DNA from: Tetramitus jugosus
Lineage: Eukaryota > Protista > Heterolobosea
Length of the DNA stretch: 64,000 bases
NCBI GenBank assembly: GCA_937625935.1
Contig: OW569357.1
Location: 492,462-556,461 of the forward strand
Reading direction: 5' to 3'
The notes beneath the pieces are model-generated. The model searched no databases. It saw only the letters and a list, made by a program, of their open reading frames with translations, and had not been told where the DNA came from. Numbering within the stretch: the stretch's first letter is position 1; every line of letters begins with the position of its first letter. The translations under genes and the position numbers were made by a program. Positions 54,790 through 64,000 of this stretch are shown here, in pieces.

Positions 54790-55233
54790 ATGTTACTATC
54801 TCAAACTGGTTTGGACAACGTTCAACTCACTTCAATGACAAGCGACAAAATCACCAGACAACTAGTACGTCATGTAAAAGAGAAACAACAAATCATTCAA
54901 GTCGAACAATACCTCAACGATGTAACAAGTACTGTAGCATTTCGAATCAAGTTGGATGAAGAAGTTCTCCTCTCAGTGGCTGGAACCAGAGTATCTGAGG
55001 AGCATGTTCAACAACTAAAGGAGCTCTTATTTGCGGATGCAGATGCTACTATTCCAAGGATTACCATTGTTACCAGGAAGGCACATAATGACGCTGATGA
55101 TGTCATTTCTTCGGAATGTTTGACAAGTAAATTCAATTACTCGTGTGATGCCTCCTCTCATTCCTCGAGTAAAATAGTCCCTGTTTCACAGCATCGAACT
55201 GGTGGAAGATGGGCAAAGAGAGTTTGCATTTGA
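54790..55233 (+). CDS. Hypothetical protein or gene fragment
   Basis: 147-aa ORF with protein-like composition and no recognised motif. Confidence 0.35.
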   Translation: MLLSQTGLDNVQLTSMTSDKITRQLVRHVKEKQQIIQVEQYLNDVTSTVAFRIKLDEEVLLSVAGTRVSEEHVQQLKELLFADADATIPRITIVTRKAHNDADDVISSECLTSKFNYSCDASSHSSSKIVPVSQHRTGGRWAKRVCI

Positions 55234-55859
55234 TGAGAGTATTTTGAGAACAAGTGTTGAATTTATTGACTGTTCATTGCTGAAGAACGAGAGACTGTTG
55301 AACCAGTGGTTGCCATCGAGGGTGTTGTTGATGAATCAACTCCAAATGTAACTGCACAAGAACCAGTTGAACAACAATAACCACAACAGCAAGAAGAAGA
55401 AAAGGTTGTTTGAACGACCAGTTGAACAAGAAACTGTTGCTACTCCTATTGTTGAATCCACTCCAACAACACAAGAACAAGTCAAGCCAACTAGTACTGA
55501 AGCTCAACAACAAGAAGAACAAACAGAATTCATTCATGGATCATTGGCATTTTCTGTGTCATCTTTTAGAGTTCGTGACAGGATTCCTTCAGGAAAGTAT
55601 TTCACTTCACAAGTGTCATATGGTGATGCTATTGCTATTCAACGAATTACTCAAATCAATTTAGGAATCCTTTTCTATCTTCCTCATTCTATCAAGACTG
55701 AGGCCCCGCTTATGTAAGTGTTTGTAAAACAACAGAAATGTACCATTGATCATCATGTTTAATTTGTGTCTCTATTTTGTTTTCGTTTTGAAACGAGTCA
55801 AGAAGAAATTCTGCACGCAATAGTATTCAACAAACGCACAACTTCACATCATCAACATT

Positions 55860-56825
55860 ATGCCTAAACGCAAGCGTCAACAGAGTAGTTACAAAGCAAG
55901 TGCTATTGACAATGTAACCACTGGACAAGCAACACGTTTCAATGAACTGCCACAAGAACTCACTTCAAACATTATTGATTTCATTCCATTGCAGGGAGAA
56001 AGAGAACCTCAAAAGAAGGCATTCTCATTCATGTATGACTTTGATGATAATTTGGATGTTATTGATAACAATATGGATGGACATAGTACAATGTCACACT
56101 TTCAATTGACATGTAAAACAGTTGCAGATGCATTTCAGAAACATCCTAGATATGTATTTCATCATGTTAAAAGTTCATTATCATCTGCTCTACAATATCT
56201 GCATGATAGCAATCAACCAGATCATTGTGAAACAGAATTGAAACTCTTGCGTCAATTATTGGATAAATCTATTGATAAGTTAGAACTAGTAAATAAGTAT
56301 AAGACATGGAAGTTAATCTGGGATGATTGGGTGAATGGTTCACGACCACAAAGTGCTCGTATGAAAATACAATACCCTCGTAGTCTGAAATTGTCTGAAC
56401 AACAGAAACGAGATATATATGACAAGATATATAGTCGTGTTAGATTCGAATCATCAACTATGAAACGTGGATTGACTAATCATGACACTGGTAATGTTGC
56501 AGTGAAACGAACGGCTGAGATACGATTTCCTGCAACAGAAACTGGATCAACTACAGATATTGTATTGAAATACACTGGATCGAAATACCATCAAGATATA
56601 TCTGATTTCATCAACTTGAAATTGGCATCAGATGACTTGAACTTTGATATTTGTGTTATGTCACATGAAGGAGGATATGATCCATTTGATGAATCATATT
56701 GTTTGGAGTGTTTGGATGGATTGGCTGCCATGTTTGGATTGCAGAAACCAACGAACAAGAATGACTATCATGATCTGGTAGATGTGTTTCTATTTGCATT
56801 CCCTATAGACATGTCACCTTTGTAA
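55860..56825 (+). CDS. F-box-like protein
   Basis: NLS-like MPKRKR, RFNELPQELTSNIIDFI and FQLTCK. Confidence 0.65.
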   Translation: MPKRKRQQSSYKASAIDNVTTGQATRFNELPQELTSNIIDFIPLQGEREPQKKAFSFMYDFDDNLDVIDNNMDGHSTMSHFQLTCKTVADAFQKHPRYVFHHVKSSLSSALQYLHDSNQPDHCETELKLLRQLLDKSIDKLELVNKYKTWKLIWDDWVNGSRPQSARMKIQYPRSLKLSEQQKRDIYDKIYSRVRFESSTMKRGLTNHDTGNVAVKRTAEIRFPATETGSTTDIVLKYTGSKYHQDISDFINLKLASDDLNFDICVMSHEGGYDPFDESYCLECLDGLAAMFGLQKPTNKNDYHDLVDVFLFAFPIDMSPL

Positions 56826-57678
56826 ACTGGCACCATGTCATAAAACATGTGTCTCATAAATTCAATTGATACAAATGTTGTGTATGGATACAAAGATGAT
56901 GTTGTTCTGATATTTAGGTCGAGAATCGACTGGTGAGATACTGAAGAAACATACGAAAAGCAATTATCAGAGGCAATGTCAATAATTGAGCAACAGAGAA
57001 TGGATCTGAGTCCTAATGACTTAGTTTATTAACGGTTCTATACACAAAGAATGGAAAAGAACACCAGAAACCATTCTTATGATTACACTTGATATCCTTT
57101 AGAATCGAGTACTCACACCAAAAGTGGTCACCCTGGCAACTGGTCTACCACCAATTACAGCGTTGTTGGTTCGTGTGTGATCGACAGTAACACCAATATT
57201 TGGAGTAGGCGCGAATCTTACTCCAGCTGAAACAGTGTTGATGCCATATGACGGGTTATTGTATGTTTGTTATGGTTCGCTTAGAAGACCCACATGTTCC
57301 ATTTATACACTCGGCCACGTGTTTTGCTTGAAGGAGTGTTTTGTAACGTGGCATACCTTGTAACTCAAGTAACTGGACAGCAGGAAAGGACATGTGGTTA
57401 TGGCACGCCTTATGATCAATGTCACAAAAATTGTGGTGGAACAAAGGACTGTATGGACTAAGCGAAAAAGAAGGACCCTGCGTGCGCGTAATAGTCATGA
57501 CCGCCTATTGCAGGATTAAAACCATGGATGTGTGCAATATTTACCTCTTCCTGTCACTGTATCCCACCAGTAATCATATGTTTTCTCGCGCAATGGAAAA
57601 CGCGGTTTCTCTTTTCTACAACTGACAGTTGACATGAACAAAAATTTGCAGGAGTGGATGAGTTTTCTCCAAGTTTGA

Positions 57679-58606
57679 TTAAGAAGAGTAGAGAATTTGA
57701 TTGAGAGCAGACTGGTAGATCTCTGTCACGTTGAAATTAAATGGCCCCATCATGGCCCGGGGTAATGGAAGTTTCACGCTCACGGCAGATAGGAATCCAA
57801 ATAAAGAACTCAAGCCACCACCAAGCTCAAAGGCCTCTGGAAGCATAGTTCTAGTGATCACGGTCATGAGAAATATTTTGATGGGATGCCTCTAGTCTGA
57901 GTACTACTGTGTCTTGTAAACTTGGCGATCGCAACCACTGGTTTGTTGGACATGGGATGCATATAGTTTTGACCAAATACATCGTATTGGCCCATTTCCT
58001 TGCATTCCTTACACATCAGATCTGGAATATCAGTTTCATTGAGATCTGCTATAGATGAAACATCAACAGTCTCAGTGTTCTGATCTGGATTATTTTCATG
58101 CTCTTCAGGTCTCAGCAGAACCTTACCAGACAAGATAAAGTACAGTGATGAATACACATCAATAGAGTAAAAGATCACCTCTCCTTCCTTGAACTCTTGT
58201 CGCTTCATTCGTTTAAATAATCGCAAGAGATCAATGTGATTTAGACCTTGAAAAGCCTTCACTTTGGCCAATTCCAGAGTTCGTTTTGCCATTCTAACTT
58301 TAGCTTTCTGAATTACAAGTCTGGTACGATGCAGATTACGAACAATGGCACCAAATGAGTTGAGAATATAATTCATAACTTCGAACAGTATACCACCCAA
58401 TATGCACCCGTGATAACAACCACGAATGGCCACTTCTTCGTTTCAGTATTCAAATGGTGCATAGCCTCCCCAAATAGTTCAAGCGAGACAGCACAAAGTA
58501 ACGCACCAGCTCCAAATGCCTATTGCTCCAGATGCAATCGATACAACAACATTGTATTTCAGCGCATCTCTTGCTTGAATCGGTTCCTTAACAACAAGAG
58601 ACCAAC
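57679..58606 (-). pseudogene. Degraded ZIP-family metal transporter with inserted cyclic-nucleotide-binding domain
   Basis: Frameshifted pieces AFGAGALLCAVSLELFGEA, ILGGILFEVMN, cNMP-like FKEGEVIFY...LYFILSGKV, and ZIP C-terminus TMLPEAFELGGGLSSLFGFL. Confidence 0.7.
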
Positions 58607-58615
58607 CATCAAGAA

Positions 58616-61083
58616 GAGTGACCTGAGTTTGACATCAAAAAATAAACTTTTTGTGTAGGAGACTTGACATAAAAATGTTTTATGGTTGTCCAAATGACAT
58701 AAAAAAATTTTTTCACAAACAAACCACATCAACTTTTGTTCGATATCCGGACGAAAAGAAATAGTAAAATTGTATTATAGGTAGTTGAACAAAACACGCG
58801 TTCTGATCCACATAACTGGAATGTGGCCATTGAGAACCCATCTGCTCTGCAGGCAGTAGAAAATGGGAAAAGGGTTGTCGCCTTCGGGTTAATGCTCCGC
58901 TCGCTGCTTGGGTAAAGAGAAAATCATCAAGGCTGATGATGCGGAACCAAGCAAGCGAGACTGGTTTTTGACATCCTACTCTTTTCTCGTTAGTTTTGAG
59001 AGAGGAGAAGTGCTGGCTGGACTCACTGGATCTGTTCTCTGAGGTCTTGGTCGTCTTCTCCTATCCTTTCTAGAAACGACAGGTGTAACAGAAAGGGAAC
59101 AGTGACCATCAGTTACTGAGTCTACTTGTTCAGTGGGAGGAACTGAATCATCTTCCGATTCATCGACATTGGCTACTGAGTCCACAAATCGCTGCAATCC
59201 AGTCCAGTTCTCCTTACTCCTCCCAATCCCTTGCGAAATAGTATCAGGTGCCCTTCCGTCATTGAAATATCTCTTTGTCCTCCGTTTCTCTGCTCTCTTT
59301 AAACGCGCATCAATGTTGTTACTCTTGTATGACAGATCAACATTTGCAAGAATACTTCTGAATTCTAGGAACGCTCTTTCATCAATGTCAAATAGAGTTG
59401 AACTATTGACCACTACATTCTTGGTGTGAACCAATTGCATAATGTTGTGTAGTGATTCCACATTATTCGTCGTGTGTGGTACATCACACCAATTTTCAAC
59501 TAGACTGTAGGCGCGAGAAAGTAGTCTGATATTAGAGTCCCTAGTCCACCAATCTACCCATGATCTTGCACCTGGATAAGTGATCCCTATGACTTTGAAT
59601 ATGGTTGTGACGGATTCACAATCCTTCTCGAATGGGATTGTTTTGCAGAAGTTCACAAAAGCCTCCTCTTTGTCAGGAGAACAGATCAACTTGGCTATTC
59701 TCTTACAGGATCTTAGCCAGTGTACATGACATCCTTTGATCAACGATTCCGCCAAATCGTTCTCCCCGAAGATCTCTTCTAACGCTAGTTTATAGCCTTG
59801 GTATTGGGCTGTTGAAAAATCGACCAAAATACCTGAAATCTCATCAAACAATAGGTTGATGTCAATCCCGTCGTCCATTAGAGTGTTCAAAAACTGAATG
59901 AACGCCATACGATAGCTATCGGCAGTTAAACTATTCAACTGGACTCGGCAAAGCATGACAGTTTTGTTCATCACAGGTACAAATCCACAGATCCCAAAGT
60001 GATGTAAATTGCTATCATGCTTTACATCGATTACCAAGCAATCCACCAGTGGTACTAAGTAGCTTTGGAAGAAAGACTGAGTTTGGATCCACGTGTTGGA
60101 ATCAGTAACCACAAAATTCCGAAGGTATGGAAATAACCAGTAGGAAACAGTCATGCCCTTGAATTGTTGTTCATCATAATTCTTTTTGACCAAGTTTTCC
60201 TTCAGCGAAAACATTCTGGGAATAGAATAAATATCCAGAGGTCCACCGTACACTTTGGAGAGGCAGTTTCTTCGCAGCTCGTTCAATCGATCAATATTGG
60301 CCAAAGAGGGACATAGAGCTGCGGCCTTGTTTGGAAGTAATTCACCGAGGGATAGCTGAAGACCAGTGATATTAGGCTTTTGAGTCACAGCTCTCTCTAT
60401 TAATAGCCTTACAGATCGAGAAATTCTGTGTTGAGGTGGCTCCTTGTGGGAATGTTCACCGAAAATTAATAAGCATTCCTCCGGGAGGTCACAGATAAAG
60501 TGGTATATAGTTGATGTGCATGGAAATCGTGTCAAAGGTGTATTGTGGACATCACAGACAGATCGAAGCTTCTGAATAGGCCTTGAAATAGGTGTAAGTA
60601 TGAAAGCATAAGAATAAACAAAAGTAGCCTACCTTACAAAATTACAACCCGTTGTTGTACATTCTTTTGTACCGAGACATCTTGCCTGCCTTTTCCTCCA
60701 CACCACACCTGACCACTTGAAGGTAGAATCTGAATACTTTCCTAAACTGTATTGAATAGCATTGAACAGTGGACGTGATTGTAGTTGAACCTCCTCTAAT
60801 GTTCTGACTCTCTTATAGACCTGAAAGGCGAGGTAAGTGTTGTGTATGCCCTCCACAACGATGTGGCTGGTGGTGTTGTCCAGAAGCGGTCTAATATTGT
60901 TATACTTCCCTCTTGTAGAAGGCCTCATGTCGATTGTTTTGTTTTTGAGTTTTTGTTGTTTCTTTTGGTTGACTCAAGTGGTTGACCGCGCAAAAGTTTT
61001 ATGTTCAAGGAATGACAGGAAAAATTTATGTCCTGTAATTTACAGAAACCGGTTTATTTTTTTATGTCAAATACCATGCACCC
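58616..61083 (-). mobile_element. Mutator-like (MULE) DNA transposon
   Basis: 9-bp TSD CATCAAGAA (58607-58615 and 61084-61092). Imperfect TIRs GRGTG...TTTGACATMAAAAAATAAAC with repeated internal GACATAAA motifs. Contains a transposase gene. Confidence 0.88.
58976..60928 (-). CDS. MULE transposase with GCM-like zinc-binding domain, 2 exons (about 633 aa)
   Basis: Predicted 51-nt intron 60632-60582 (GTAGGC...TCAAG) keeps frame. LVID, LVDFSTAQ, GCHVHW and TTNNVESLH catalytic motifs; CLG...C...RP...C...PC...GEHSH N-terminal domain. Confidence 0.82.
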
Positions 61084-61779
61084 CATCAAGAAATTGATCA
61101 AGATTCTCCAAGTTGTTGCTCGACTTTCATATCAACAAAAAGTTGTATGATCAGCAGTCGTACACCAGCGCTCTTTGAGAGTGTAATAGACAGAGGATGA
61201 AGAGGAAAGCAGCAGAGCTCAGAAGAGCTTAAAGGTTACTCGTTGCTGCAAAACAACCTCAGTCAACCTCTACTACTTTCAGCTCTGTTTCTGCGACTAC
61301 TTCCAACTCTACCTTGAATGCCATTGAACAAGCATCCAATGAAGGAAGAGGGATTCACTATGTGACGCTAGTGATAATATGCCACAAACACCATTGAGTT
61401 CATCCGTGTTAGATGGATCATTGAATGAATCTACGGACAGCTTATCCAGCGCTCTTGTAGTGACTGGAGATTCAATAGAACCAAAGCAAGCCATATAGTT
61501 GGATTGTGACGAGAGATAATGATCAATCCTTCAAGGAGGAAACCAAAGGATTGTATTATCATAAGGAGCATCGTTCGGTGAGCGTCCAGGTATTATATTC
61601 ACCTCTGACCCCCTCCCTGCCTGTTTTGAATTAATTTGAATAACAAGTTTTCCTGTAAATTCGAACGTTACATTAATTCTCCTACTAGGATTGGGATCAA
61701 GAGACTCCCTATGAATAAATATTTGAATAAATTTCTCAGACCCCCTCCCTAGGGTGGCCGTAAGAAATATCTGGACGCT

Positions 61780-62422
61780 CCCTTAATGACGGTGAAGTAT
61801 ATAGGAGAATTGCTGCTCCTGTGACAACAACCAAAGGGGGCTACTCCTTTCTGGTGAAATATGACGGTGCCACAAAGTGGAAGAGCAGTCTCGTTACTGC
61901 CATTCCCATTTTCATGGTGTGCAACGAGCTGCCTTTCAACGAGAGAATGAAGATTGAAAATGTCATCTTTCTGTGGCGTGTGGTTTGGCAAGAACAAACC
62001 AATGTCGAACATTTTGTTCTCAGTGCTAGCCACTGAATTGAAGGAATCTGATCAAGGTATTAGGGGGCAAGATGCACATGGTAGAGAAGAGTTGTTCCGG
62101 CTCCGATGTATCAACTCTTGTTGTGATCTACCTGCTAAAGCAGCTTTGTTCATGCAACCACAACATGGTGGAAGGGGTGGCCTGTGGATTTTGCAACCAC
62201 TCTGGTTGCACCATTGAAAAGAGGTTTTGTTGAGACGATTCCAAGATATTTTGTTTGATCACTCCCTGCGAACTGAGAGTCAAGTGAAAGAAGTGTACAA
62301 CAAGTACCGAACATTACTCAGTGAAGGAGTGGCTTGGTCAGATCTACCAGTTATCAATGGACACACTGACATTTCGATCTTCTCAGAAATGCTTCCTTAC
62401 GGGGAATGGACAAGTTTTGGAA
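61780..62422 (+). pseudogene. Frameshifted CACTA/EnSpm transposase fragment
   Basis: YDGATKWKSS, PIFMVCNELPFNERMKIENV, GVWFGKNKP and CCDLPAKAA...QHGGRGG(C)GFC occur across frameshifts. Confidence 0.8.
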
Positions 62423-62443
62423 GGGTTGGGTTTGGGTTTGGGT
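62423..62443 (+). repeat. Short interstitial telomeric tract
   Basis: GGGTTGGGTTTGGGTTTGGGT. Confidence 0.85.
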
Positions 62444-62484
62444 CTGTCTTGTTGTTAAGGAAAACCCGAGAATTTAGCTGTATT

Positions 62485-62496
62485 TGGTATCAGAGC
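62485..62496 (+). other. tRNA-iMet primer-binding-site-like motif TGGTATCAGAGC
   Basis: Exact 12-nt match to the canonical LTR-retrotransposon/pararetrovirus PBS. No flanking LTR or gag was recognised. Confidence 0.45.
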
Positions 62497-62808
62497 GTTG
62501 AAATTTACAGTTTAGTGTAAAAAAAAATTGAGTTCGGTTGAGTTGTGGCTTACAGGTTGAGGGAGTAAAAAGAAGACATATAGGACAAGAGCTGCATGAC
62601 TCTTGGAGTCTATGATCAGATCGGAGATATTGAGGTTCAACGAACAGGGAGGTTCACGGTCCAGGACCGTGAAATGATTTCCTGAATTTCATCTCAGGTC
62701 ATTTGTCAGTGGAGCTTTTTGGGATCCAGCAAAGAATTTCGACCAATGGGCGAAGTGATTGTAACGGATTAAGAAGGAATACAACGCACCAACATAAATA
62801 TGACAGAA

Positions 62809-64000
62809 GGGTGGGGTTTGGGTTTGGGTTTGGGTTTGGGTTTGGGTTTGGGTTTGGGTTTGGGTTTGGGTTTGGGTTTGGGTTTGGGTTTGGGTTTGGG
62901 TTTGGGTTTGGGTTTGGGTTTGGGTTTGGGTTTGGGTTTGGGTTTGGGTTTGGGTTTGGGTTTGGGTTTGGGTTTGGGTTTGGGTTTGGGTTTGGGTTTG
63001 GGTTTGGGTTTGGGTTTGGGTTTGGGTTTGGGTTTGGGTTTGGGTTTGGGTTTGGGTTTGGGTTTGGGTTTGGGTTTGGGTTTGGGTTTGGGTTTGGGTT
63101 TGGGTTTGGGTTTGGGTTTGGGTTTGGGTTTGGGTTTGGGTTTGGGTTTGGGTTTGGGTTTGGGTTTGGGTTTGGGTTTGGGTTTGGGTTTGGGTTTGGG
63201 TTTGGGTTTGGGTTTGGGTTTGGGTTTGGGTTTGGGTTTGGGTTTGGGTTTGGGTTTGGGTTTGGGTTTGGGTTTGGGTTTGGGTTTGGGTTTGGGTTTG
63301 GGTTTGGGTTTGGGTTTGGGTTTGGGTTTGGGTTTGGGTTTGGGTTTGGGTTTGGGTTTGGGTTTGGGTTTGGGTTTGGGTTTGGGTTTGGGTTTGGGTT
63401 TGGGTTTGGGTTTGGGTTTGGGTTTGGGTTTGGGTTTGGGTTTGGGTTTGGGTTTGGGTTTGGGTTTGGGTTTGGGTTTGGGTTTGGGTTTGGGTTTGGG
63501 TTTGGGTTTGGGTTTGGGTTTGGGTTTGGGTTTGGGTTTGGGTTTGGGTTTGGGTTTGGGTTTGGGTTTGGGTTTGGGTTTGGTTTGGGTTTGGGTTTGG
63601 TTTGGGTTTGGGTTTGGGTTTGGGTTTGGGGTTGGGTGTTGGGTTGGTTGGTTTGGGTTTGGGTTGGGTTTGGGTTTGGGTTTGGGTTTGGGTTTGGGTT
63701 TGGGTTTGGGTTTGGGTTTGGGTTTGGGTGTTGGGGGTTTGGGTGGTTGGGGGTGGGTTGGGTGGGGTTGGTGGGTTGGGGTGGGTTTGGTGGGTTTGGG
63801 TGGGGTGGGTTTGGGGTTGGGGTTTGGGGTGGGGGTTGGGTTGGGGGGGGGGTTGGGGGGGGGGGGGGGGGGGGGGGTGGGGGGGGGGGGGGGGGTGGGG
63901 GGGGGGGGGGGGGGGGGGGGGGGTGGGGGGGGGGTGGGGGGGGGGGGGGGGGGGGGGGTGGGGGGGGGGGGTGGGTTTGGGTGTGGGGTTGGGGGTTGGG
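62809..64000 (+). repeat. Telomere (GGGTTT)n, G-rich strand running toward the end
   Basis: About 127 perfect hexamers to about 63580, then increasingly irregular and finally near poly-G. Confidence 0.97.

Noticed and set aside
58585-62462. 16-nt inverted match TCTTGTTGTTAAGGAA (about 58585-58600 versus 62447-62462) as possible TIRs
   Set aside because: No TSD was found, one copy lies in ZIP coding relic, and about one such match is expected by chance in 64 kb.
63720-64000. Drift from GGGTTT to near poly-G as a second repeat type
   Set aside because: Progressive loss of T at a contig end is typical of low-coverage consensus or basecalling error.
1-64000. CRISPR arrays, rRNA genes or prokaryotic operons
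   Set aside because: No repeat-spacer arrays or rRNA signatures were seen, and the sequence is eukaryotic (introns, SmB, tubulin, telomere).

Overview
Right-hand end of a linear chromosome from a gene-dense, intron-poor eukaryotic microbe using the standard code. Short GT-AG introns, an epsilon-tubulin, RGS-domain proteins and poly-N/Q/H tracts suggest a Naegleria-like heterolobosean amoeboflagellate (inference only). About 30 protein genes and two tRNA genes (Asp-GTC, Arg-TCT) are followed by a subtelomere rich in F-box genes, pseudogenes and transposons, then a (GGGTTT)n telomere from about 62810. Three mobile elements can be delimited to the base by target-site duplications (TSDs). (1) An internally deleted non-LTR retrotransposon (5586-7683, 15-bp TSD, poly-A tail) has its 5' end 43 bp upstream of tRNA-Asp, the geometry of Dictyostelium TRE5-type tRNA-gene-targeting elements. 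(2) An intact pogo-type DNA transposon (21601-23327). (3) A Mutator-like element with a GCM-like zinc finger (58616-61083, 9-bp TSD). Other highlights are a structured intergenic segment carrying a 12-nt telomere-complementary template-like motif (candidate telomerase RNA, about 16540-16830), a TPR-lipoyl-sirtuin fusion, an RGS-DEP-FSP1-like oxidoreductase fusion, a giant GPS/7TM/RGS receptor, a catalytically dead secreted alpha/beta-hydrolase, and a CACTA relic cut by an internal telomere tract. All domain calls come from motif recognition by eye; no searches were run.
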